Shown piece after piece: positions 24,877 through 38,056 of a stretch of DNA of 64,000 bases. This DNA comes from Chara braunii (lineage: Eukaryota; Plantae; Charophyceae): contig BFEA01000004.1 of NCBI GenBank assembly GCA_003427395.1, positions 4,994,982 to 5,058,981 of the forward strand. Direction: 5' to 3'. Position 1 is the first letter of the stretch; each line of letters begins with the position of its first letter. Below the pieces are notes generated by a model. The model worked only from the letters and a program-made list of their open reading frames with translations. It was not told the DNA's origin and did no database searches. The position numbers and the translations under genes are program-made.

Positions 24877-25041
24877 NNNNNNNNNNNNNNNNNNNNNNNN
24901 NNNNNNNNNNNNNNNNNNNNNNNNNNNNNNNNNNNNNNNNNNNNNNNNNNNNNNNNNNNNNNNNNNNNNNNNNNNNNNNNNNNNNNNNNNNNNNNNNNNN
25001 NNNNNNNNNNNNNNNNNNNNNNNNNNNNNNNNNNNNNNNNN

Positions 25042-25135
<94 letters not shown>

Positions 25136-25484
25136 ATATAATAACCGTACGTTGTGTGTGCGTGTGTGTGTGTGAGTGTGTGAGTGCGTGCGACACAAAC
25201 ACAAATCAACAAAACTTCGCATAAGCTGGTTGTCTGGAGTGAGCCGCCGATGTTATTGAGAGAGAGCGAAAGAAATGGCACGCAAGCAGAGCGGGGTGGC
25301 ATCCCGCAATGACGAGAGCTGAAGAAGCTGGAGCTTAGGTCGCCATGGGGAAGAGAGATGGGAAATTTACCCAGGTGCAGACGGATATTGCGCCCGAATG
25401 TCGAAAGAAAGATGGAGAGTCGAGGGCAAAAGAGAGAGGAGGAAAAGGAGGAGGAGGAGGAGGAAGTATAAGATCGCGGCTTAC

Positions 25485-25620
25485 CTCTTTCGCGCGGAGC
25501 TGTTCACAGCTCCTTCGCCGAAAAAGAGACGGTTCGACTGCCGGCGGCTTGCAGCATGAATCTACAGCAGCACACTGCTCATCTTTCCCCACGACCCTCT
25601 CACTCTATGGGTCTTGCTCC
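25485..25620 (-). other. Possible non-coding 5' exon of NHP2
   Basis: GAG|GTAAG donor at 25484 on the minus strand in a CpG-rich segment; linkage to NHP2 is inferred only. Confidence 0.3.
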
Positions 25621-25748
25621 ACTACTCTTTGATTTGTCTCCAAAATCGAGAGTGCATCGATTCTGAGAATTTTGTATAGGCTGGGACCGGGCCGAGCGTC
25701 CATCCAAACCTTTTTTTTTCTTTTCTTCTTTTTCTTTTCTTTTTCCTT

Positions 25749-25797
25749 TGCTAATCTTCTCTGTATCGTTCCAATTTGAACGGATGTCCCGAGGGAC
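25749..25797 (-). pseudogene. U6: U6 snRNA 5' fragment
   Basis: GTCCCTCGGGACATCCGTTCAAATTGGAACGATACAGAGAAGATTAGCA followed by an A-rich tract. Confidence 0.9.
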
Positions 25798-25909
25798 CCC
25801 TCCCATCTTTCAGTGCGGTGTGTGGGCGAGGCACTCTGGCCCCAAGCCTAACCCCACGTTTCCAGACTACTTTCTCCTTTTTTTGTTTTCCTCTTTTTTT
25901 GGGGAAAGG

Positions 25910-26286
25910 GATAATTTGCAATATACCCCCAAAAGTTGAGATTTGCCAAACTGGCCCTAAAAGATGTGGGTAGAGCGGAATGCCCCTCTGACAAAATAAA
26001 TTTGTTGTGAAATACCCCTGGCGTCGGTTGGACCCCCATCTTTGCAATATACCGCTACCGGGTACCATCCAACGTTGCGAAATGCCCCAGTACTTGACAA
26101 CTTTTCCTAGGCGCTTTTGCAAAAGGCAAAGGCCCAAACGGGGAGGTCCAGATTGCAAAGTTGCACACCCGCCTGACAGGGGCACAACACAAAATGTCGG
26201 TCCAAAAGGGCATTCCGCTCTGCCCACATCTTTCAGGGGCGTTTTGGCATATATCTCAACTTATGGGGGTATTTTGCAAATTATCC
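25910..26286. mobile_element. Long-TIR MITE (Mutator-like); a second copy begins ~26610 and runs into a gap
   Basis: ~75-bp imperfect inverted repeats GGATAATTTGCAA...GCGGAATGCCC / GGGCATTCCGC...TTGCAAATTATCC; no clear TSD. Confidence 0.75.
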
Positions 26287-27549
26287 GTATGAGAAAAAGA
26301 GAGAATTCCATTATATCCTAACCCGTGGGGGGCAGGTCCATGACGTGCGCCGGAGTCTTGGTGAGGTGCGGTGGATGAAGGAGATAGAGGGCGGGGGAGA
26401 GTGCAGAGAGACGAGTGTACCAAAATGTTCACAGTGCGCCGCGCCCCCGGAGCGGGGCACACGGCGGGCGTCCATGCGGAAGAACATCTCGGAGGAGAGC
26501 CCTCCGATATGTGTGGGCGCCATTTGTTTGTTTTTTGTTGTTGTTTTTTTCGTTTTTGCGCGTCATTTTGTGTGGCTGCCGTTCGTTTTTTTTTCCTTTT
26601 TCTTTTTCAGATAATTTGTGAAATACCCCTATAACTTGAGATATATGCCAAAATGCCCCTAAAAGATGTGTGTGGAGCGGAATGCCCTTATGTGCCTAAT
26701 TCTTTGCGTTTCGCCCTTGTCAGGCCCATGTGCGAATTTGCAATCTGGACTGCGTCTGTGGGGCCTGGGCCTGCACCCTGTTTTACCCAGTTTGCCCTCC
26801 ATACCGGGTGGGCAACTTTGTGCAATACCCAGGCCTGTCGGTGANNNNNNNNNNNNNNNNNNNNNNNNNNNNNNNNNNNNNNNNNNNNNNNNNNNNNNNN
26901 NNNNNNNNNNNNNNNNNNNNNNNNNNNNNNNNNNNNNNNNNNNNNNNNNNNNNNNNNNNNNNNNNNNNNNNNNNNNNNNNNNNNNNNNNNNNNNNNNNNN
27001 NNNNNNNNNNNNNNNNNNNNNNNNNNNNNNNNNNNNNNNNNNNNNNNNNNNNNNNNNNNNNNNNNNNNNNNNNNNNNNNNNNNNNNNNNNNNNNNNNNNN
27101 NNNNNNNNNNNNNNNNNNNNNNNNNNNNNNNNNNNNNNNNNNNNNNNNNNNNNNNNNNNNNNNNNNNNNNNNNNNNNNNNNNNNNNNNNNNNNNNNNNNN
27201 NNNNNNNNNNNNNNNNNNNNNNNNNNNNNNNNNNNNNNNNNNNNNNNNNNNNNNNNNNNNNNNNNNNNNNNNNNNNNNNNNNNNNNNNNNNNNNNNNNNN
27301 NNNNNNNNNNNNNNNNNNNNNNNNNNNNNNNNNNNNNNNNNNNNNNNNNNNNNNNNNNNNNNNNNNNNNNNNNNNNNNNNNNNNNNNNNNNNNNNNNNNN
27401 NNNNNNNNNNNNNNNNNNNNNNNNNNNNNNNNNNNNNNNNNNNNNNNNNNNNNNNNNNNNNNNNNNNNNNNNNNNNNNNNNNNNNNNNNNNNNNNNNNNN
27501 NNNNNNNNNNNNNNNNNNNNNNGGTTGTCGTTTTGTCAGCTCCAACATC

Positions 27550-29600
27550 TTTTTCAGTCGCGCCGGATCCTTGATGGCTCTGACATTTTTTCCAGTCGAG
27601 CAGAATCATCAATCTTATACTTGAAATAATTTGTTGTTGTTGTTGGTAGATATTTAAGTCGTTTTTTTTTTCAAACACCGCATTTCTTACCCTTTAGATC
27701 TCTTGCATAATCACCCCTTTGCAAACTAGGGCCATATACCCCCAACCTTTCGAAAACTATGCATTCGACCCTCAGAGTATCCCATATAGCACCTACTCGT
27801 CCTACCATACAAAGGTTCCATTGGTGATGAAAGTCCAATGGTTGGACCACCATATCCATATTGAGTCTATTAGTGGGCAGTCGACCCATAGATGGGAGTT
27901 CGACTCCCATCCCCATTCACATCGCTGACAGGTGATTGACAAATCCATGCCTCTTGAATTCAGCCAGAGTGTTGTGGCACCACAGTACAGAGATCGTATC
28001 CACAACAAACTTGCATCTTTTTGTGAAGGTATCCGACACAAGGTGGTCCAGTGTGCCTGCTAATATAGGGAAACAACCGAATCTCCCATACCTTCTTGTT
28101 GCTAGGGCCGTGGGAATAATCACCGTTAACGAATATAAACTTCCATCCCCTCTTTGATCGTATAGTGGCAGAGAGGTGTATTTAGCGCCTTACCCTGAGG
28201 ACCTTGTTTCCATCCCCTAAGTGGGGGGCCCATACGGAAGTTATCATCATCACCCACCAGGAAAGTATGTTTGTCCAAGAGTTGGAACAACACTTCTGAC
28301 AAACCAATTGTGGTCGGGATACTTTTACTCTATAGTTTTACCATTGCCATGTCGCTCGTGGTCTTACCTCCTACCCTCCGTTTTTCCACCATACAGCCCG
28401 AAGCGAGGTAACCGTTAGGGTCTTCGACTTTCCAAATCAACATGTCATCTTCATGTAATTTTAGCCATCACTCGAATTATTTGTTGAGCTCATTAGGGTC
28501 GAGGTCCAACATGGAGGAATAACCTCCAATACCATGGCCAAATTTTACAAGATATTACGAAGGCAGCGCAAACTTTGTCGGAGTTGATATGCAATCGCGC
28601 AGTCATCCCGTTGTTTGTCCAACACATATTTGATTAAAAATACTTTTTTTTTTTAGTCCTAGATTTTTCAAAGTTGGTCGTTCCTAAAAATACTCATTTT
28701 TCAGTCCCAAAATTTTCAAAGTCGGTCGTTCCTTCCCCTGTTGAAAGAGATTCGTCATCAAGATAGCAAATCAGTGGATTCTCAAAGATACATTGGTTGG
28801 TAATCTCTACTTTGATATTAGGAGGGCTTATGGTCTGTGGGAACAACTTATTCCATACAACTAAATACCTTGTCAGACTCTGGACTTAACGCGTCTATTC
28901 TGAAAGGAAGGAATGAATTCGTAGGGTCAGACATCACCAAGATGGACAGCGAACATTCCTTCCATGTGATGTATTTGGCAAGTCGAACCCACGATTTAGT
29001 GGGATCCTAGAAGACAACTTTGAACACCTATTTGGTTAGGATCGTGAGATTTTGACTTTGAGGGTTCTGAATGCCCAACCTCCTTGAGACCTTAGGAAGC
29101 AGATCATGATAGCCTCCCAAGCTACTTTCGTTAAATAACCCTCGTTCTCCTCCGCAAAGGACGTCCATAAATACTGCGCAAGTTCGGTGCAACAACTTTC
29201 TTAATCATACATACGTCTCCTTACCCAGGAGCCAGATGGACAAGGGGAAGCATAAAATGGATAATGTGGTTGCAGATATGATTAATGTCATTCAAAAGAT
29301 TTAAAGAACACGGTTCTTAATCCAACTGTTAATTTTATTCGTCACCCTATCTACAAACAAAAAAACTTAGGTTTTTTAGCAGTCTGTCAGAGCAACATGC
29401 AACCCTAAGAAATGCTTTGAGTTTCCTGTGGGCACTAATCGCAAATCCGTATCCACTTTATATGAGTATTGGTGGGGGAGAAAGTAGACAGGTTTTGCCC
29501 AGTTGATAGAAACCTCAGACAACAAACAGTAATTATCTAAGACTCCCATCAATTTTACTAGCGAAGAGGTGAAGCTTTCGCAGGCGCCCGTGAGATCGTT
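27550..29600 (-). pseudogene. Degenerate L1-type LINE ORF2 (post-RT region)
   Basis: Frameshifted motifs KINSW...TLIIS, FLW...KVAWEAI, LGIQNP...N.TILTK. Ends approximate. Confidence 0.7.
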
Positions 29601-30559
29601 TGCAAGCCCCCCCCCAACGAAAAAAAATTCAAAATTAAATAATCATTCCATCTTTAAAAATGTCATTCCAATTTTAAAAATTTTCATCTTACTTGCAAAC
29701 TTTCATTCCAAGAATAGGGTATCCCTTCTTATTTGAACTGCATGCTAGAGATGGAATGAAAGTCTTGATGAGTTCATGAAATAGTTTAATTGGACTGTCA
29801 TTCTAAGTAAGGATTTCCAGTCATAAATAGGTGAATCCAGTCTAAATTAGAAGGTATCTGTTGTAGTAGAATGAAAGTTTAATTAAAACATTTCATAAAC
29901 TCGTCCAGACTTTCATTCCATCTTGAGCAAATAGATGTAGTTGGAAAGGAAAACTCATATTTAGACTGTAAATTATCAAATAAAACTGGAAATTTTAGAA
30001 TTGGACGATTATGTTTAATATTATCAAGTCACACCTCTAGTTGGAGGACAACGACCAGAGGGTCACAAGGCATTCTTGGCGCAGGGAGCGGGTGAGTAGG
30101 AATACTTATAAGCAATCAGCAAACACGCTACAAGATTACTACCAAATAGTATTGAAAACGAAGAGCTTCAAGTATCCGACCTATCAAACCACTAGTACGT
30201 GGCCCAATTATGGGCCGTCAACTATGGATCTCGAAAAATAAGAAAATGTTTATAGTCGGATAAATTTAAGGATTTATGTAGTGACCCGTACATTTCATAA
30301 AGTGGCGACTTGTTTATGAACACCACTTTAAAAAGTACCACAAACTGCAATGAATAGGGGTAATCAAACAAAAAAATTACTACCGAAATGTGAGCAAGTT
30401 TTTATTCTATAGTGACAATGAAATTTTATTAAATAGTATACAAGACCATATCTTTTTTTAGCCACTCGGGGAGAAGGGCTAAGACTTGAGAAAAAGGGCA
30501 AAAAAATAAAATAAAAATACTAACTGTGGAGGTCACACGACGTTTAAGTATTAACAGGC

Positions 30560-31160
30560 CAGTGAAGAAACTTCATCCGTTCTTGGATTGATTACCCTTT
30601 CCTCTGGACGTTGTACTCCCAGTCTGTAAAATTGCCTTCTTGATTCACTACCTCTGCTCGAATCATCGGTGATGTTAGGTGCTCGCCCCTCCACACTGCA
30701 GAATTATTGAGAGTCCAAAATGTCCACAATATAACTCCTATGATTGTTTATTTCACAAACGCATGCCATTCCCAAAAGCACGCAATAATCTGTCCAACTT
30801 ATATCTGATCCAATAACCAAAGCATTCAAGTGTTTCCACCAGTCCCAAAAGGGCTTCAAGATCTATCAGAGACAAACAAAGTGTTGCAAATCTTTCACAC
30901 GTGTTTCTGGGCACAAAACACACTTTGAACAGACCTTGTCAGTCCTTCTTGCACATCAAGTTGCAACCGAAATCGCTTGATGCAATCATCAGCCAAAGAA
31001 ACTAACATGTTTCACAATGCTAGATTCATCGACGCTTTCCAAAAGGATGACATGGTTTCCACAAAACTAAGCGAAGCAGGGAGTTGACCACCCAATTTGT
31101 TACCATCCATCTTCTAGCCACAACCCATTCACGTCCACATGTGGCTCGAAAAGCAAATAC
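30560..31160 (-). pseudogene. L1 ORF2 C-terminal cysteine-rich fragment
   Basis: KCVLCPETRVKDLQHFVCL..ILKPFWDWW resembles the L1 C-terminal CCHC motif. Confidence 0.6.
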
Positions 31161-32268
31161 CACAACTTAGTCTATTGCTCCACATGCTCTGGATTATAAT
31201 TTTTTTTTTTTTTAACACTCGTTTGAATTTTCATATAAAGATTGAAATCGAGTCCGGGGACCTCACAAGTATCCTGGTTCAAACCATGATGGAAGCATTA
31301 TCCAATTTAGCTTACAGGGACAAAAGTTTCGCGGCCTCGGACATCCTGCAGTGTCGGGCCCCTAACCTATACATCGATTATTATCCTATTCTAAGGCTAC
31401 CCGATCGAAAGACTCTTGTAATGGCCTAACCGCATGTCTTATTATAAACTAAAGGTTTCTCTATGAGCCCAACTAAGCTATCCTATGCCTACGCTGCTTT
31501 TCTTCACATAATGAATTACGATGCAAAAAGTATTGGAAGTATGCAACTTGGTTGTGCCAAGGATTTTAGGGAAAACGAGTGTGGAGTTTTAGGTTGGAAC
31601 TAAAAACTCTCATACGTTTCCGACTGAGGCAAAAACGAAATGGCAGACGAGCAACGTCTCCTAAATTCGCAGCCCTAAGGTTGCGGTATAGTGGGTTTCA
31701 ACGTTTGTGTCAAGGTGTTGTATTTTCGGCGGCCGGCGACCAAGACGTAAGTGGGTTCTTAGGAGGTGGAATTTTTTTGGGGACCGGTCCTTCAAGATAT
31801 TGCGAACGACCTACAACTAGCTCTTGTAAAACTAAGATTTTTGGTAAAAGGAAGGACCGGTCCTCGGGTGGAAGCGAATCCCAAAAAGAAGCGAGAGGGG
31901 AAGATGTCTCGCAGTTTAAAAGAGGCAACTTTGACGATTTTTTGTGCTCACAAGGATTCACAAAAAAAATATAAAAAGTTCAGAATCCGTAGATTAGGTC
32001 ATAATCTTTCCATGAAACGACCACGAAATAATCGGTGCGCCGATTCGACACATTTTTCATATTTGCTACTAAACCATGTACGGGCTAAGGAAAAGGTACT
32101 CCAACTTCAATAATTTTTCGCGCTCACAAAAATGTATGGAAAATGCTAAAATTTGAACTACTCCTAGCTTTTGTTGTGATCTTTCCAATAAAAATATTAA
32201 ATAAAAATTAAAAAATTATATTAACTATGAAAAAGATCGCGACCGCAATCTGTCCATGTTCCAATTTC

Positions 32269-32325
<57 letters not shown>

Positions 32326-32570
32326 NNNNNNNNNNNNNNNNNNNNNNNNNNNNNNNNNNNNNNNNNNNNNNNNNNNNNNNNNNNNNNNNNNNNNNNNNNN
32401 NNNNNNNNNNNNNNNNNNNNNNNNNNNNNNNNNNNNNNNNNNNNNNNNNNNNNNNNNNNNNNNNNNNNNNNNNNNNNNNNNNNNNNNNNNNNNNNNNNNN
32501 NNNNNNNNNNNNNNNNNNNNNNNNNNNNNNNNNNNNNNNNNNNNNNNNNNNNNNNNNNNNNNNNNNNNNN

Positions 32571-32616
<46 letters not shown>

Positions 32617-33939
32617 CACGTGCTTAGACCCATTGCTGTCGCTAACTTAGGGTTGTGTTCCTCGCGTCCACGCAGTAGATAATCAAACATATCTTTGAAT
32701 ATCATCTCACGCTTTTCGACACCTTTTGTCCGGTGGGAACGGTGCAGGGGTATATGAAGGATCTCGACTATGACTCGAAACGAGTGTTTGATGACGTGCC
32801 TCACAAAGCTCTGGATCAGAATCAAATAGGCATGTGCGCGCGACGCTTTCCACAACTTTTGAGTCTCCACATGGTACTTAGTCGAATCCCGTCAGCCTTA
32901 ACCGTTGTGTGCATCGACAATCAGAACACAAAGTACGGAGCCAGTGAAATGTAATGTTTTATTCTAGTACAAGAGTTTTTCTTTTGGAATTTCAAATAGA
33001 AAACATGTGGTTTGTATTTTGAATATAATGCGCAGCATTCTATTCAAGGTTTCCTTCTATTGAGAAAAGTCGACTGCCTTTTACAACACTGGTACTTCTC
33101 CCAGCTATTGATGCCGAGCCTAAAAATTGCCCTGCATGCCATGTTTTACCGAACTATCAGCGTGACTTTTATTTTTCCTTTTGGCTAGCGTTGCCAGCCA
33201 ATGTGACCCGGTAGCCCCAAAGCCCGCAAAAAGTGGCGCGAGCAAGGCCTGCGTTGTTCGCAACCCGTTTGAGTTGCATTTTCCCCCCTCTGAGACATTT
33301 CAACGCCAATCAAATATCAACGTCGGTGGTCGTCGGGAAGGTGAGCATTTTGAGGTTTTGGGGCCTTGCAAGGGTCAAGACCGCGTATGACCGGTAGATG
33401 CCCGTAGGAGGCTGAGGAGGTCGAGGTCCTTAAGCCTTTTTTGAAATTGAAATGACGTGGCTCCATTTTTCTCGAATAGCAGAGAACCTCGAATAAAACA
33501 CGTACAAGTCGTATTCGAATACAACGTGTACCCTTTCTATTCGGATTTCAAAAAGAAAAAACTATTGTATTCCAATAAAATTACTTCCATTTTTTTTTTG
33601 CAGGTCAGCGTCTGCCTTTGTGCTCCCCGCCACTAACATGTTGCATGATGCAGGTCTCTCTCTCTCTCCCCCCCCTCCCCCCACATGCACGTGCACTTTC
33701 TCTCTCTCTGCGCAAGCACACACACACGCGCACTCTCTCTCTCTCTCACACACACATATACANNNNNNNNNNNNNNNNNNNNNNNNNNNNNNNNNNNNNN
33801 NNNNNNNNNNNNNNNNNNNNNNNNNNNNNNCGCAAGCACACACACACGCGCACTCTCTCTCTCTCTCACACACACATATACACACACACACACTCACACA
33901 CACACGCACACACTCACACACACACACGCATGCGCACAC

Positions 33940-33975
<36 letters not shown>

Positions 33976-34044
33976 GCACACACTCGCACACCCACACCCA
34001 CACGCACACACCCACACAGACACACACACACACACACACTCTCA

Positions 34045-34103
<59 letters not shown>

Positions 34104-35740
34104 ACACATGCACATGTATTCTCATGTCTATTGATGGGGAGCGCCACCTGCTGGAAACTGGGTCCAGCGTCCCATGAACATCGTGAATAAAGCACCAACC
34201 GGGACCCCACATACACACTCTCTTGGAGTTGTGTATAGCGAATATGACAAAACATATATACAACATAATCACTACCTTACCCTTCCCAAACCACATCAAC
34301 AAAAAAACTACGGGATGCGCACCCGTGCCCTCACGGTAAGTCAATGGATATGCGACTTGAATCAAGGCACAATCAAACCGATGTACTGGCCCGGAGCGCG
34401 GTTCCACTAGCAAATGAGTAAGGTAAACTGTGTCCCACAAACACCTATGGGACATCTGCGGGACATGGTCCGACTACTGATGCAGGAGAATCCGATGGCA
34501 GAGAAATTGCGATGGGTTTATATTCTGAAGTGTTTTTTTTTTTTTTTTTTCTTCTTCTGTTTTTGTGGTTTTTCTTTTCAGTTCCAATAATGGGAGGCGG
34601 AAAAATAGTGGGCCTCGGGTGGGCCTCCGACCTTTTCGGATGGCCGAAATGAAACGACGGTCGCCGATCAGATTTATCAATGGCAGCCGTCGTCGGGCCT
34701 GGCCTCCGAATTTTCAGGAGTTTTGGAAAACTGCCAGTTTTCTCTAATTTCCCAACACCGGGTGAGGTACTAGTGGTTTAAGAAAAAAAAAATAAAATAA
34801 AATAGAAAGACTCATTTTGATTGGTAGCTCTTCAAAAAATCAAGTACTCAAAGGGCATGGTTTTGACCCCCTTCTTTTTTCCCGTCAATTGTAACCCCAT
34901 CCAGTACTTGATTTTTCTCTCAAAATATAGGAACTGCACGCTTCAGCATGGCAACCGTCAGAGAAGGGAGTCCCATCATGCACACGAAGGGACTCCTTCT
35001 CTGTTGTACGCGAGACTGCAACATTCACGTACCACTCTGTGCTGATTAGGCATTGGCTGGGTGGGGAGCAGGGGGAGGTGACGGAAGGGTTAGTGGGACG
35101 ACAACACTTTGTTTTTTTTTGTTTTTTTTTCTTTTGAAATAGCATCATTCCATTATAATAGCAAAAGGAGGCCGGGAATCCCTCCACATCTCAACCCGAC
35201 TTTTTTTTCTTTTGAAATAGCATCATTCCATTATAATAGCAAAAGGAGGCCGGACATCCCTCCACATCTCAACCCGGAATGAAGAACCAAACCTCAAAGA
35301 GGCTAACTGGAAACCGGGTCCAGTGTCCCTTACTCCGATCGACAGGCATGCTATTTCTGAAGAGAAAAAATGGAATATCAGACAATTAAACCTACCAAAA
35401 AGTCACAAAGAAACAAGCTAAAAAACTAACTCGCAATCCGTGATCCTACCAACATTCATACCCGAGAGCATTACCCGGCTTCGCTTCTTGAGAGTCTATT
35501 CTGCGACTCCCCTGAATTCTACTGAGATCGTCCAATAAAAGGCCTGTTACCTAACCCGGAGCACTCAACCATTATGCGTTTATCTCTTAACAATCAGGTA
35601 ACCTTCTAAGTGAATCCGATCAACCTAAACCGGCAGGAAGCGATTCTGAAAAACAACACTAAGTGCACCTCCACCAAGAACAGAGGCACATGGCTGCCGA
35701 AACTATAACTATCTATAAGCTCAAAGACCAGGAGTTGGGT

Positions 35741-36430
35741 TAAGCTGTAGGGTTACCCTCCCATCATCACTGTCCAATCACACTGTCAAGAGTCTTCGCT
35801 GCCTAGACGGTTTTCCCACCACGCACCCAATGGATGCAACTCTAGTTTGCTCTTCACCGGGTCTCTCATTTTGTCCAACCATTGGTGTTCCCACTGCTCC
35901 CTCGTGCTACCTACTCTTATACTAATTACATTCGACTAACGCTCCCACCACTAACGATGGCACTCACACTGCCCCCATAGTGCCGATGTCGATAGACGAA
36001 TAAGCTGTAGGGTTACCCTCCCATCATCATTGTCCAATCACACTGTAAAGAGCCTTTGTTGCCAAGACGGGTTTCCCACCACGCACCCAGTGGATATAAC
36101 TCTAGTTTGCTCTTCACGGGGTCTCTCATTTCGTCCAGCCGTTGGTGTTCCCACTGCTCCCTCGTGTTAGCAACTCTTATAGTAACTACGTTCGACTAAC
36201 GCTCCCACCATTGACGATGACACTCACACTGCCCCCGTAGTGCCGCTGTCGATAGACGAATAAGTTGTAGGGATACCCTCTCAATGACATCATCACTATC
36301 CGGAACACTGTAAAGAGCCTTTGTTGCCAAGACGGGTTTCCCACCACGCACCCAGTGAATATAACTCTAGTTTGCTCTTCACCGGGTCTCCCGTATCATC
36401 CAACCATTGGTGTTCCCATTGCTCCTTCGT
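35741..36430. repeat. 260-bp tandem repeat, about 2.7 units
   Basis: TAAG(C/T)TGTAGGG(T/A)TACCCTC starts at 35741, 36001 and 36261. Confidence 0.92.
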
Positions 36431-37850
36431 ACTCAGTCTGGCTATTCTTATAATGGCTACCAAGAAAACCAACTTATCAAAAGGCAAGAATGCCTAAGAC
36501 AATCGAGAAAAGAGAATGGCAAATTTACTCCCGTGCATCGGGGATGACAATTATCCCTCCCTCTCAGTCCTAAAGTATTTCAATAATACGTGTTTCTACA
36601 AACGAAACACTGAGGGTAGCGTCCGCGCCGGAACAGAGGTGGTACGGATTTCGGGGGGACAACAATGTACAACAACTTCAATCAAGGAATGGTGGTGCCC
36701 TAAAATACAAAAGGCAGAACGACGATCAGTGTTTATGCCAATCTAAAAAACTACGGGTCCATGGATAACAGACAGAGTTTGTGCCAGCCTAGAGAGCTAC
36801 GGGTTCCATCTTTCAGCAGAAATCTTCGTTAGTGAATATAACCACGGAAACACCCTAATTCAATATGCTGAAAAGAAGCGCTGAAACCATGGAAACAAAG
36901 TCTTATGCGTCTTACTGCGAGTAATTTAAAGACCCTGACATCCGCGAGCAATTATTATACCCTATGAGACAACAATTATACCCTAAAAATTTCAGCTTAA
37001 AAACAGAGTTATAAACAAATTAAGCCCATCTAACCTAACATAATGTCGAATACCGAGCAGCTGCTTCTGTGTCCTCAGCCCCTGATGACTGTTCTTGGTA
37101 TTGTCGGTAACTCATCTCGACTGTTGCCCATCGTTCCTCCTGCTGTTACTGAGTAGGATAGGTTTCACTTCATATCCTGCTGGTAGCAGCTTCCCCTTAA
37201 ATGAGGCCAGAAACCTTCGGACACCGGAGTACCATCGCAAGCGCTCCCACTCCCAACGAGAGTTACTCCCACTACTCTCGATGGCATTTCTAGGATGATG
37301 CTGCAGCCCCAAAACATGGGCAATCTTCTTCCTTGCACGCTCAATCCGATAGTCTTTCTTGATTTATGATATTTGGCGGAGCTCCTTTCCTTAATCTCGC
37401 ACCTGCCAGCGCAGGCCCGAGCGGTTAACCTCTCGTAGTTACTTAGGCAAAGCAAGGTAGGCAAGTTGGAAGTTTCCAAGTTTTATAAAGTGAGTAAGTG
37501 GAAGGACTGACAGGGGAACGCCTAGGGACCATATTACTGAGTGCAAAGGCACTCCCACTCCACTCAAGGAACGGTTTGAATATGGCCACCATCGGCATAG
37601 CTCAGCTATGTCGACCTCTAAGCATGGCGCGGTGTCATTCCTGAACGAGTGGCCATGGACTTGACCCGCGCGCTTACCCGGCCCGGCATCCGTTTGACTT
37701 CCTTTGGTGGTGCTTCACGGAAGCACTTTCAAACGTCGGCCTCCTTCCCATCTTGGGAAATGTAACGTGGCCATTTATTTTTTTTAAGTCTTTACAATTA
37801 GTTTTCTTCCTTTTCTTACAGTATCGCACAGGTCCTAATAGTCCATGACT

Positions 37851-38056
37851 AAACCTTTCTCGGCCTTTTGGCTAAGATCAAGTGTAGTATCTGTTGTGAG
37901 GTTTCCCCTGCCTCGATTTGACCTTTATAATGAATTTTGGTTTAAAAAAAAAATAAAAATAAAAAAATGAAGTATAGTATCTGTTGTGACCTTTATAATG
38001 AATTTTGGTTAAAAAAAAAAGTGTCCATCGGGCCACATTAAAAAAAAAAAAAAAAA
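37851..38056 (+). mobile_element. U2 snRNA-headed poly(A) retrocopy / SINE-like unit
   Basis: U2 5' end ACCTTTCTCGGCCTTTTGGCTAAGATCAAGTGTAGTATCTGTT (37853-37895), non-U2 body, A tails; CCATGACT at 37843-37850 and 38059-38066. Confidence 0.75.

Noticed and set aside
37895-37900. Spliceosomal intron in a U2 gene (CTGTT|GTGAGG)
   Set aside because: The remainder of U2 was not found downstream, and the poly(A) plus TSD favour retroposition.
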